Below are positions 38,903-48,621 of a stretch of DNA of 64,000 nt, piece by piece. The stretch is taken from positions 1 through 64,000 of IMG/VR virus record IMGVR_UViG_3300044734_000006, one strand, 5' to 3'. Below the pieces are notes generated by a model. That model was not told the DNA's origin, did no database searches, and saw nothing but the letters and a program-made list of their open reading frames with translations. This stretch comes from a virus. A program made the position numbers and the translations under genes. Position 1 is the first letter of the stretch; the number at the start of each line of letters is the position of its first letter.

Positions 38903-38996
38903 GGCGCGACCACGACGAGCAGGAAGACCGGCGTGACGCACCCGAGCCCATCGTGCTGCCGCTGCCCGTGCCTCAGCCTGCGGAGCCCGTACCGGC

Positions 38997-39584
38997 ATGA
39001 GCCCTCCGATCGTCGGATACCGCGCATGGCGGGTTGTGGGCGACGAACTGAGCAGCCTGTTCGTCGAGCAGATCGCATGGCCAGCAGGCGAGCGGATGGT
39101 CGCAGAATGCATGCCGCACAGGCTGCATAGCCAGCTAGCGCCGCACGATGCCCCGTGTCAGCAGTGCGACTGCGGCATCTACGCACGGACGACGCTACCC
39201 GGCATCTTCGATGAACTATGGAGTCGCGGGATGGCATCACTGGACACGGTCGTCGGTGCTGTGCTCCTTTATGGCGTCACGTACCACGGCAAGAGCGGAC
39301 CGCACGTCATCCGCGCTCAGTACGCCCAGCCGATCTGCCTGCTTGCCGATGATGCGTGGTACCCGCTCAGGCTGACGGACGATGGTATCGACCTGCAGGA
39401 GTGGCGGGCCATGCTGGAGCGTGTGTCGCAACGGTATGGGTTGCCGGTCGTGCGGCGTGACAGTATCGAGCGGTACGCAGCGGAGTTCGGCGAGCCGCTG
39501 TGCACGACCGAGGACGAACGGGTCACGCATGCGTCTGCTGATCCCCGTTGGCGCTCCTGGTGGCCGTGGGGCTTGGGATCGTAG
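38997..39584 (+). CDS. Hypothetical phage protein
   Basis: PIVGYRAWRV...CDCGIYA...VVGAVLLYG...RAQYA; GGAG RBS. Confidence 0.7.
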   Translation: MSPPIVGYRAWRVVGDELSSLFVEQIAWPAGERMVAECMPHRLHSQLAPHDAPCQQCDCGIYARTTLPGIFDELWSRGMASLDTVVGAVLLYGVTYHGKSGPHVIRAQYAQPICLLADDAWYPLRLTDDGIDLQEWRAMLERVSQRYGLPVVRRDSIERYAAEFGEPLCTTEDERVTHASADPRWRSWWPWGLGS

Positions 39585-39627
39585 TGGGCGACACCATGCT
39601 CGATGTGATCCGCACGCGGACCTGAGC

Positions 39628-40200
39628 GTGCCTCGCTTGCGCTGGACCGACGAGGAGCGTGCCGAGGCCATTCGCCTGTATGAGAAGGTAGGGCCAGCAG
39701 AGGCAGCACGGCGTACCGGGATCCCTCTCGGCACGGTGAAGTCGCTTGCCAAGAGGGCTGGGGTAGCAACCGGATGCATCCCGTCCTTGGTGGCCGCGAC
39801 CACAGTCGCTGCACTGACCCTCAAAGATCGCCGGCAGCGGTTCGCGGTCGCCCTCCAAGATCAGGCCGAGAAGTTCCTCGAGCACCTATGGGCACCGAGC
39901 ACGGCGTTCCACTGGGGCACGGTGAGCGAGCAGGACGGAGATGTGACGACCACTCGCACCGAGTTCATGGAGCATATCCTTGAGCGGCCGACGTTTGGAG
40001 ATCAGAAGGCGATCATGTCCACCATCTGCATGGCCGTGGACCGATCGATGAAGCTGACTGGCGACGACGCCGCACCTGTGGGGGCGGGCATCCTCGTCCA
40101 GATCCAACAGCGGCTTGCGGGCGGACTGGACGCGCAGACGCGGGTGCAAGTGGCCGCACTGCTCGACACCATCGAGGCCCCGACCGAGCCGGCGGCATGA
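39628..40200 (+). CDS. Probable terminase small subunit (N-terminal HTH)
   Basis: RWTDEERAEAIRLYEKVGPAEAARRTGIPLGTVKS; directly upstream of the terminase ATPase. Confidence 0.7.
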   Translation: MPRLRWTDEERAEAIRLYEKVGPAEAARRTGIPLGTVKSLAKRAGVATGCIPSLVAATTVAALTLKDRRQRFAVALQDQAEKFLEHLWAPSTAFHWGTVSEQDGDVTTTRTEFMEHILERPTFGDQKAIMSTICMAVDRSMKLTGDDAAPVGAGILVQIQQRLAGGLDAQTRVQVAALLDTIEAPTEPAA

Positions 40201-40210
40201 GCGGCTGACT

Positions 40211-41023
40211 GTGGCCACCCTGTCTCCCGCTCGTCGGCTGGCAGCTGCCCTTGACCCGGTGGTGCGGATGCAGCACGGTGGCATGACAGCCGACCCGTGG
40301 CAGGCGCTGATTCTGCGTACCGAGGCACGGCGTGTCATCGCGCTCACATCGCGCCAGACGGGTAAGTCGACCACGGCTGCCACAGACGCCCTGCATACCG
40401 CCGAGACCGAGAATAGTGGCGACATCATCATCGCTGCGGCCAAGCAGGATCAGGCAGCAGAGATGTTGCGCAAGTCGAAGGCGCTCTACAGCATCGGCGG
40501 GAGCATCTACGACGACGACCTCGGCGTCGATTCCGTGCTCCGCATCGAGATGCCGAACCGTTCGCGCATCTTGGCTGTGCCAGGCAAGGCCGCCACCGTC
40601 CGTAGCTTCACAGCGAAGAAGCTCATCGTTGATGAGGCCGCTTACGTCCCAGACGAGTTCTACATGGCTGTCTTCCCAATGCTCGCCGTGTCGCATGGAC
40701 GCATCTCGCTATACAGCACTGCGCATGCCAAGTCAGGGGCGTTTTATGACATCTGGACTGAGGCGCCTGAATGGGACTTCCGACTGCCACCCGAGGCGCA
40801 AGAGGAAGCGTGGCTCAAGATCAAGGTGCCGTGGTGGGAGTGTCCACGTATCCGACCGGAGTTCATCGAGGCAGAGCGGCGTAGATTCGGGGAGCAGTAC
40901 GTGCTTCGAGAGTATTGTTGCGAGTTCGCCGACGCCATCACCGCTGCCTTCCGCTCCGAGGACATCGAGGCCATGGCGCGCGACGACGTGGAGCCGTGGG
41001 CCATCGCAGGGTGGGCGCGGTGA
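40211..41023 (+). CDS. terL: Terminase large subunit, ATPase domain only
   Basis: PWQ, SRQTGKST (Walker A), LIVDEAAYV (Walker B), YSTAH..SG.FY, REYCCEF then stop. Confidence 0.9.
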   Translation: MATLSPARRLAAALDPVVRMQHGGMTADPWQALILRTEARRVIALTSRQTGKSTTAATDALHTAETENSGDIIIAAAKQDQAAEMLRKSKALYSIGGSIYDDDLGVDSVLRIEMPNRSRILAVPGKAATVRSFTAKKLIVDEAAYVPDEFYMAVFPMLAVSHGRISLYSTAHAKSGAFYDIWTEAPEWDFRLPPEAQEEAWLKIKVPWWECPRIRPEFIEAERRRFGEQYVLREYCCEFADAITAAFRSEDIEAMARDDVEPWAIAGWAR

Positions 41024-41060
41024 TCCTGTGGCAGATCGCGTCTGCGCCTACTCTGCCCGG

Positions 41061-41282
41061 ATGCCTGAGTTGGACATCGATGCAGCCAACGGTCTCTGGT
41101 ACTGCGCAGTCCGCGATGGCCTCGTGGAGATGTACGCCGAGGACGCGTCCACATGGGCGCTGACCGACCGCGGGCTGGAGGTGGCCTACCGGCGGGCGTT
41201 CACGCAGGGCGCGGATCCAGAGTTCCTCTCTGCGAGCCAACTTATCTCCCTCGCGGTGTACGGCATCACGGACATGGGGTGA
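41061..41282 (+). CDS. Small hypothetical gene between the terminase halves
   Basis: TACTCT-6-ATG leaderless start; MPELDIDAANGLW... Confidence 0.6.
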   Translation: MPELDIDAANGLWYCAVRDGLVEMYAEDASTWALTDRGLEVAYRRAFTQGADPEFLSASQLISLAVYGITDMG

Positions 41283-41309
41283 GTCCGTATCCAATGGATA
41301 CTGGCCCTG

Positions 41310-42158
41310 ATGCGGCTTAGGGTAGGAGTCGACCTTGGCAAGGTGAATGACTCTAGCGCTGTGACCGTGTGTGAGGTGACCGACGCACCCGCAGCGCTGG
41401 GTCATGTTACCGCAGCGGACGTGGACTCGATGAGCATCGGTATCGACCCGCTCAGCCCACTCGGCATCCTTGGCGTGAGGCATACGCAGCCGGTGTACAT
41501 CGACCCGCTCGACCACCTGCCAGGACCGCGCGTGCCGTCGCTCGAACCGCTCTACACGGCACGTCACATCGAGCGCGCACCGCTCGGCACACCTTATACC
41601 GACGTGGCGATCGGCGTGAGGGTCATCGTCCAGTGGCTCCGGCAGCAGTTTCCTCGCATCGTGCCAGAACTCTACGTCGATGCCACGGGGGTCGGTATCC
41701 CGGTGGTGGACATCCTGCGGCGAGAACTGGCAGGCATTTCGCATCGGCTCGTGCCAGTCACGATCGTCAGCGGGGACGGGTATCACGACGTGGTCACGGC
41801 AGACGGTGCGGACCGCAAGGGCAGGGTCGTGCCGAGAAGTGCGCGGGGGCTGAAGGTCGGCAAGGGCTTCCTCGTGTCGCGGTTGCAGGCGTTGCTGCAG
41901 ACGCAGCGCCTTGTCGGTCCGCGTACGATGGTCGCCGAGTTGCAGGACGAGTTGCGGGTGTTCGAGACGCGGGCGAAGGAGGGGCGGGACGTGTATGGCG
42001 CGAAGGTGGGGGCGCACGATGACCTAGTTTTGTCTGCTGCTCTCGCCGTGCTTGACAGACCGCGGCAGGATGCACGCCGCGTGGTGGAGACGCTGGAGAC
42101 GATCAGCGGCCCGAGCATCGTCGGTGGCGGGCCGGCGGGAGCGTGGGACATTGGCTGA
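41310..42158 (+). CDS. Terminase large subunit, RNase H-like nuclease domain as a separate gene
   Basis: VGVDLGKVNDSSA, LYVDATGVGIPVVDIL, GAHDDLVLSAALA. Confidence 0.88.
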   Translation: MRLRVGVDLGKVNDSSAVTVCEVTDAPAALGHVTAADVDSMSIGIDPLSPLGILGVRHTQPVYIDPLDHLPGPRVPSLEPLYTARHIERAPLGTPYTDVAIGVRVIVQWLRQQFPRIVPELYVDATGVGIPVVDILRRELAGISHRLVPVTIVSGDGYHDVVTADGADRKGRVVPRSARGLKVGKGFLVSRLQALLQTQRLVGPRTMVAELQDELRVFETRAKEGRDVYGAKVGAHDDLVLSAALAVLDRPRQDARRVVETLETISGPSIVGGGPAGAWDIG

Positions 42159-42461
42159 GGTGCTGGTGGATCATGCCAAGGACAACGGGTTGATTGCAGA
42201 CGCGGGTGACAGGTGGATCGGTGGTCACGGGATCACATGCCGCCGCCTCGCCGGTACGGGCCGTTGGATCTACTGCAAGTACTGCTACAAGAGCGTTGCG
42301 CCGTGGACACTGGAGGAGACCGTACCGGAGACGGGCGTGTGGCGGATGGTCTGCTGCGGAGAGTGCGGGGCAGGCTTGACACGGTCTGAGCAGGTAGAAT
42401 CGGGATATGAGTGAGATCGTCGAGGAGCGCCGGTGCCGTTCTGGCAGCCAGATAGAGGAGC

Positions 42462-42740
42462 GTGATGACAATCGCGGACGATCGGCCTGATTGCGTGACG
42501 TGTGGGGCTAGTCTTACGGGTGCTGCCGACGTGGCCTACTGCAAGGTCTGCCGTGTAGAGGCTGCCGCGGCCCGCTGGTTTACGAGTGGTGAGCGATACG
42601 GAGACGTTTTGGCTGCTACTGGGGTTGACGATGGCGAACTCGAAGAGGCACTTGAGCGCAGGTTTGACCGTATACTGGCGATCGTCAACCGGATGTGCGG
42701 TCTGTCAGCGACAGATACGACTAGGTACCCGCCGCCTTAG
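42462..42740 (+). CDS. Hypothetical zinc-binding protein
   Basis: GAGGAG RBS; CVTC...CKVC. Confidence 0.5.
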   Translation: MMTIADDRPDCVTCGASLTGAADVAYCKVCRVEAAAARWFTSGERYGDVLAATGVDDGELEEALERRFDRILAIVNRMCGLSATDTTRYPPP

Positions 42741-42761
42741 TCAAGCATTTGGGATCTAGTG

Positions 42762-43124
42762 CTAGGCAAGGGTGTGGGACAGCGGCCCCACACTCCCGTC
42801 TGCGCTAGACCAGTAGAATGTCACCACCGTTCCTGTCTCCCGCTGGCTAGGCCTGTGCTTCAGGTAGCAGCCAATGTGTCGCGGTATGGGTTCTAGGTTC
42901 GTGCAGACCGGGCACTCGATGCGGTGATCTAGATGTCCCTCTACGTTCTGGAAGGCGTGGTCGCAGCGCCATCCCACCACCCGTGATGGATGGCTCCGCT
43001 CGCAGTTCTGACAGGGTGGCATCTTGCTGCAATGGTGGTCGTCCATGCATCTCTGGCACAGACGCTTCACGCAGTGTGGACATCGACCCACGCTATCCAC
43101 CCCGCAACCACGAGAGCACCTCAT
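42762..43124 (-). CDS. Cys-rich hypothetical protein
   Basis: TAGAAT-7-ATG; several CxxC pairs. Confidence 0.5.
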   Translation of the reverse strand: MRCSRGCGVDSVGRCPHCVKRLCQRCMDDHHCSKMPPCQNCERSHPSRVVGWRCDHAFQNVEGHLDHRIECPVCTNLEPIPRHIGCYLKHRPSQRETGTVVTFYWSSADGSVGPLSHTLA

Positions 43125-43364
43125 GACATCCATTCTACCCCGACGTAGGGCAACCCCGTCCCGCGTCCCACGATGCGTCCCACGATGGGACAGGGACAGC
43201 CGACACCCAAGGCCACGCTGAGATCGCGGGTCCGTCGCACCCTACATCTGCGTGTCCCGTCCCTGCGGCCGGTGAGCGGAAGCACCACAAGCACGAACAG
43301 CGCCGCGACTAGGCACCTCCCGCCAGCGCAGACCACAGACCACTACATGGCTCAGTACCTGTAG

Positions 43365-45257
43365 GTGGCGACGCTCCTCGGGCCTGACGGTCGGGCGTTC
43401 CCCAGGACCACACGCGCCGAGTTCGCCGCGGCACAGTCCGCGCTGGCGGCCATGCCGGCAGAACTGCGACGTGCGGTGAACCTCGACGAACTCGGCGTCA
43501 GCGGTACGCAGATCATTGGCGGCTTGGTCTACGAGGAACGCGCCCCCGAACTCGCAGGCTCCAAGGGCATGGAAGTCTGGCGCGAGATGGGGCACGACGC
43601 CACCTTGGCGATGTGTGTGCGCGCCACCATCAACCCGCTGCGCAGTGCGGACTGGTTTATAGAACCTGCGAGCGAGGAACCCGATCACGTTGAGCAAGCC
43701 GACCTCGCGCACTGGTGCCTGTGGGAGTTCGGCACGATGTCATACGACGATCTGCTGCGCCAGCAGATGCGTGCCATGAAGCAGTACGGGGTTGGGGCCT
43801 CGGAGGTGTGCTATCGACCGATCCCATCCGGGGAGTTCGCTGGAAAGTGGGGGTGGGAGAAGCTCGCGTGGCGCAGTCCTCTGAGCCTGTATCGCTTCGA
43901 CGTCGAGCCAGTGCAGACCGAATATGGCGGTACTAGGCGCGAACTCGTGACGATCGTACAACGCGATCCTGCATCGGGGACGCTGTTCTACCTGCCGAAA
44001 GACAAGGTGCTGCTGTTCGTCAACGACCTCGAGGGCGAGAACTTCTTGGGGAGAAGCGCATTCCGCGAGTGCTACGAGGCATGGCGGTACAAGCGTGCCA
44101 TCGGTCGCCTGGAGGCCATTGCCCTCGAGCGTTGTGGCATGGGTCGCCTGAAGGCCACGCTCCCGCAGGACTACTCGGACGAGGAGCGCAAGATGGCTCG
44201 GCAGATCGTGGAGAACGACCGCATCCATGAGAACGCTGGCATCGTCACCACCGAGGCTGTACCGGTCGACGTGATCCACAACTCGCTGGAGGGCGCGGCC
44301 TTTCGTGCGGCATGGGAAGCCTACGATGCGGCGATGTGCTTTCCGTTCCTCGCCCAGTACCTGCTGCTGGGCCAGCGTGGCAACAGCGGCGCGTACTCGC
44401 TCTCCCAGGACCACTCGCAGATCCAACTCACGCAACTCAACGGCGACGCCAACCAGTTCGAGCAGGTGCTCAACCTCAGTCCGGGCATCCCGCTGCTCAT
44501 CTCCATCAACTACCCGAACGCGGACCCGAGCAAGATGCCGAAGTTGCAGCACGGGGACATCGGACGCAAGGACATGGAGCTGATGGGTAAGACCCTGCTC
44601 GCCTTGTCGCAGGGTGGGTGGGTCATGCCGACCGCGCAGGATGAGGACACGCTGCGCAAGTTCGTAGACCTCCCGGAGCGCGACCCGATGCTCGGCCCGG
44701 AAGCCTTGGTGCCGCTCATCCAGCAGGTGTTACCGCCGACGTGGTGGGGGACGCCGCATCAGGCTGGACAGGCGGTGAACCCTGCGGCCAAGGCTCTGGT
44801 CGGCTCTGGCGTGCCAGCGCCGCAGGGCCAGCAGGTTGCGGGGCAGTTCTCCGAGCGCGAGTGGGCCGCCATGGCTGAGCGCTCGGTGAGGGCGCGGATG
44901 CCATGGCGCCGCCCGCAGATTAAGGGTGGACGCGTCACCGCCGAGGATGCCGTGAGGGTGCGGATGGGAGAGTATCTGTTGGACTACTTCGAGCAGGCCG
45001 ACAAGCCACGCATGCAGAAGCCTGATCCGCCCAGCGTACGCCTTGCCAAGCGGCGTAAGCCATACCAGATCGCGCGCATGTCCTCCGATGCGGCCAAGGT
45101 TGTGGAGATCAACGCACGGGCCAAGGCGGGCGGTGGGAGTGCGAACGGTAAGCGCAAGGTGGTCGTGAGCCCAGCGGATATCGTTGCACGGCAGGGTCGT
45201 AGGTCGGTGCAGGACGTGCTTGCAGTGCTCGGTGCGAAGAACGGGAGCGTAAAGTGA
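43365..45257 (+). CDS. Portal protein (Mu gp29 / DUF935-like)
   Basis: ELGVSG, LPKDKVLLF...EGENFLGRSAFRECYEAWRYK, ERCGMG, LAQYLLLG...GAYSLS, LISINY. Confidence 0.88.
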   Translation: MATLLGPDGRAFPRTTRAEFAAAQSALAAMPAELRRAVNLDELGVSGTQIIGGLVYEERAPELAGSKGMEVWREMGHDATLAMCVRATINPLRSADWFIEPASEEPDHVEQADLAHWCLWEFGTMSYDDLLRQQMRAMKQYGVGASEVCYRPIPSGEFAGKWGWEKLAWRSPLSLYRFDVEPVQTEYGGTRRELVTIVQRDPASGTLFYLPKDKVLLFVNDLEGENFLGRSAFRECYEAWRYKRAIGRLEAIALERCGMGRLKATLPQDYSDEERKMARQIVENDRIHENAGIVTTEAVPVDVIHNSLEGAAFRAAWEAYDAAMCFPFLAQYLLLGQRGNSGAYSLSQDHSQIQLTQLNGDANQFEQVLNLSPGIPLLISINYPNADPSKMPKLQHGDIGRKDMELMGKTLLALSQGGWVMPTAQDEDTLRKFVDLPERDPMLGPEALVPLIQQVLPPTWWGTPHQAGQAVNPAAKALVGSGVPAPQGQQVAGQFSEREWAAMAERSVRARMPWRRPQIKGGRVTAEDAVRVRMGEYLLDYFEQADKPRMQKPDPPSVRLAKRRKPYQIARMSSDAAKVVEINARAKAGGGSANGKRKVVVSPADIVARQGRRSVQDVLAVLGAKNGSVK

Positions 45258-45538
45258 TGGATGTGTCGATGTCGTGCAGCGGAGTAGGCGCCATGCAAGT
45301 GGCGGACATTCACGCCGAGATGGTCAGTCGTTATGCGCGGGCTCGACGTCAATACCGCGAGCCGCGTATCGCCGAGGCGTGCGCCCTGGTCGGTCTGTCC
45401 GAGCGCGAGTACTGCGAACGCTACGTGGCACAGATGGGAGTTATCTACATGACGTGTAGCGCCACCAACCCTGTGACCGTGTGTGATGCCTTCGCCCATG
45501 CCGGTGTGTTGCTTGCACAGGAGAGCGGTGATGGATAG
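45254..45538 (+). CDS. Hypothetical protein, paralog of 38603-38902
   Basis: EMVSRYARARRQYREP...LSEREYCERYVAQMG. Confidence 0.7.
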   Translation: MMDVSMSCSGVGAMQVADIHAEMVSRYARARRQYREPRIAEACALVGLSEREYCERYVAQMGVIYMTCSATNPVTVCDAFAHAGVLLAQESGDG

Positions 45539-46118
45539 CGGCATGGACGTAGAGACCACGGGAGGATATCGCGTCCCGCTGGACAACTGGAACGACCTTG
45601 CCAACTACCTCGCCATGCAGCGGGTCAAACTGACCGCCTCGTTCGTCACGAAACTGACGATACTGCGGTCACAGGAACCAGAATACCGAACGTTTAGGGA
45701 AGAGCAGGGTCGAGCCTGGAGGTGGATACACGAGACCACGGAACAACACCCGTGACCGTCGAGGTCTGGATTGCCTCCGCTGTCGCCATCGCCGAGGCAT
45801 GCGCGGGCGTGGCTATCTGCGTGATGTGGCATGTCGATGCGAGGACCCATGGGCACTGACCACGGAGCGCACGAGATGACCGACGCTGAGCATCGCGCTT
45901 GGCACTATGCCTTGCGGGTTGTTGGTGACCGACCCGACTTTGAGGCCATCGGTAATCCTCCCATCCGTAATACCTACCCGCTGTCGACAGTGCGCGAGAT
46001 GTTGCGCCGAGCCTACGTCGCAGGCTGGGTTGCTGCCACAGAACCACCTCCACCACCGCATGATCTCCGCAACCCGTGTGAATCGCTGGGACGACATGGG
46101 CACTGAGGCGTCGCGCTA

Positions 46119-46472
46119 GTGTCTGGCGACCATCTGGCAGACCGCCTTGTCGCGCTGATCGGCTCGTGGCCGTTCCTGCTCGCTCAGGCTGTGGTGCTCA
46201 TCCTATGGGTGGCCGTCAACGCGAGCGGGTATGCCCACCGTTGGGACAATCCGCCGTTCGTACTGCTGAACCTGTGTCTCAGTGTGGAGGCCGCCTTTGC
46301 TGCTCCGCTCATCCTTGTCGCTGAGAGACGGTCCACGCAGGCGTTGCAAATCAAGCTGGACGAACTCATCCGGTCCATCCCGAGTGCGCGGGATGAGATC
46401 ATCGCTGCGGAGAAGTTGCCAGCCGAGGAGATTGACCGGCTGAGCGAGGAGTGCCAGAACAGTGATGTCTGA
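46119..46472 (+). CDS. DUF1003-like membrane protein
   Basis: ADRLVALIGSWPF...WDNPPFVLLNLCLSVEAAFAAPLIL. Confidence 0.8.
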   Translation: MSGDHLADRLVALIGSWPFLLAQAVVLILWVAVNASGYAHRWDNPPFVLLNLCLSVEAAFAAPLILVAERRSTQALQIKLDELIRSIPSARDEIIAAEKLPAEEIDRLSEECQNSDV

Positions 46473-47703
46473 CCGTATCGAGCTCGCACACCCAAGCGAC
46501 ACCCGTCAGGCTGCACTCGACGCCCTGCCCGTACATGGGTCGCTGCGCAAAACAGCCGCAGCGCTGTCCGGGCCAGACAGAAAGGGTCCGAGTAAAAGCT
46601 CAGTGCACCGATGGAAGCAACGCGCATCGGCAACCACAGACACTCCTGCACCACCTGATGCGTCCGATCTCCCAGAGCCCGACACCACGCAGAGCGCTGC
46701 GGACGATCCCGTCGTGCAGGCCGAGTCCGAGTACATCGACCCGGCTGGCGCCGCACCGGAGCCCGGCCCAACCTTCGCTGACCGTCTGACCGACCCGACC
46801 TTCCTCCGCGCCCTGCACCGCTACCTCGACCTTTGTGCCACGGGGACGCGACCGGATATTGCATGGGAAGGTGCGAAGGTGATCGACCCGTTCTTCTCGC
46901 TCTCCGATAGCGAGGATGCTGACCTACGTGCAGCGGTGGAGCGGTTCACGGGGGCAGAGACAGAGCGCGCCATCTTCGCGCTGTCCGAGCCGCTGTTCGT
47001 CTCTCAGACCGCCTCCGCGTTTCACTTCGACAGTGCCTCCACCAACGATCTCCTCGACGCGCTCACGGCTGTGCGCACCGACGGCTACATGGCGGGGATC
47101 AACGCTGGCCTCACCGCGCACGGACGTGATCCGCTCACCGACATCACCGATCCTGCCACATTGCGCCAGCTCCAGTTGGATACGGCGGACATGGTGAACT
47201 CGGCGGTGAAGAGTTGGAACTCCGACGCGTCGGCAGCGACATGGCGCGCTTGGGGTGCGGTGAAGGATGACCCTTCGCTTACCTCTGACGCCGACCGGCG
47301 AGCCGCCCTGACTGGCGCGATGTCTGACTGGCGCGACGGACGCTCTGCATCGAAGGCAGATCAGTGGTCTGGCGACAACGCTGCAAGCGGCATGTATGAT
47401 GCTGCCAGCCAGTTTCAGCAGGAGAACAAGACCGGCACGCAGGCATGGGTTGAACCGCAAGACGCCAGTTGCGATGTTTGCCAGGAAATGGTTGACATGA
47501 GCAGCGAGCAAGATCCTGCCGACGCCGACACTATGCTGGCATTAGATCTTCCAGCGCACTCGCATTGCCCGCATTATCTAGTAGTGGTCCAGGCGGACGT
47601 TCCCGCCGATCAACCGCTGTGGGGCAGCGATCTTGGCCCGACCGGCAGCGGTGGGGACGCAGCGCCAGCCGATGCATCTAGCGCCGACGAGGCGGCAGCG
47701 TAA
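46465..47703 (+). CDS. Head morphogenesis / minor capsid protein (Mu gpF-like) with N-terminal HTH-like segment
   Basis: Position after portal; C-terminal CDVC...LPAHSHC motif. Confidence 0.65.
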   Translation: MSDRIELAHPSDTRQAALDALPVHGSLRKTAAALSGPDRKGPSKSSVHRWKQRASATTDTPAPPDASDLPEPDTTQSAADDPVVQAESEYIDPAGAAPEPGPTFADRLTDPTFLRALHRYLDLCATGTRPDIAWEGAKVIDPFFSLSDSEDADLRAAVERFTGAETERAIFALSEPLFVSQTASAFHFDSASTNDLLDALTAVRTDGYMAGINAGLTAHGRDPLTDITDPATLRQLQLDTADMVNSAVKSWNSDASAATWRAWGAVKDDPSLTSDADRRAALTGAMSDWRDGRSASKADQWSGDNAASGMYDAASQFQQENKTGTQAWVEPQDASCDVCQEMVDMSSEQDPADADTMLALDLPAHSHCPHYLVVVQADVPADQPLWGSDLGPTGSGGDAAPADASSADEAAA

Positions 47704-48054
47704 AATGGGTCGGATGAGTGACGAGAGCGCCACGGCCATCACGGGCATCATCTCGTGCGTCGATATCACGGACGCAGAGTGTCCAGAGTGCTGTGTGAGT
47801 TGTCACTATGAGTGGGATTACGGCTACGGCGAGGGGATGGGGCCGACCGCCAAGGCGTACGACCTGAACGACAAGTTCTCGCTGTGCTGCACGGTGGCGA
47901 CTTGGGTTGACGCGCTGCCAGAGGAGCGGATCAGGGCCATGGTACGCGCCTTGCTGGGATCGACCTTGCCGCCGTGACCGGCCACCGCGACACACTGCAC
48001 ATCAGCGGGTACCATCTCGCCATCAGTATCGACCGACACTATCGGAGGATCATC

Positions 48055-48387
48055 GTGTCCACTCTGCTCTCCACAGTTGCCCCAGGAAATACCGCGAGCT
48101 TCCATGCCACCGCATATCTCGACATCGCCCAAACTCAGATCGACCCACGCGCCACCATCTCGTGGAAGATCGACAACGAGGCAGCAGCCACGGTAGTGGA
48201 CCATGGATCGACCGGAGGTGTCGGCTCCTGCACTGCGACGAGCGTGGCGGAAGGTGCTGCCGTCCTCACGGCGGTCGCCACGGACGCGGACGGACATTCC
48301 GTGGACAGCCTGACATGGCCGATCGCGGTAGCTGTGCCGGTGCCCGACGCGGTGGCGGTGGTCATCACGCAGGATCCGGCGGTCTGA
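48055..48387 (+). CDS. Ig-like domain protein
   Basis: GGAGG RBS; beta-rich, ISWKIDNEAAATV...AEGAAVLTA. Confidence 0.6.
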   Translation: MSTLLSTVAPGNTASFHATAYLDIAQTQIDPRATISWKIDNEAAATVVDHGSTGGVGSCTATSVAEGAAVLTAVATDADGHSVDSLTWPIAVAVPVPDAVAVVITQDPAV

Positions 48388-48620
48388 TGCATAGTGTCGC
48401 CAAGGACCGTATCGCCCTGAAGGTCTGCGCGATCGGCGCGTCACTGGGGGTAGTCGGTGGGGTAGCCACAACCATCCTTGGCATCCCGTGGTGTAATGGC
48501 GGCTCGGTCATCGGCGGCTTCATCGCTGGCGTCAGCTTGGGGCTGCTCAGCAGCCTCTTCTGGTGGCACACGGCGAACGATTACCGAGACATGTACGAAA
48601 AGGCTCGATCGCGGCGATAG
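48387..48620 (+). CDS. Two-TM membrane protein
   Basis: Two Gly-rich hydrophobic segments, basic C-terminus. Confidence 0.6.
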   Translation: MHSVAKDRIALKVCAIGASLGVVGGVATTILGIPWCNGGSVIGGFIAGVSLGLLSSLFWWHTANDYRDMYEKARSRR

Positions 48621-48621
48621 G

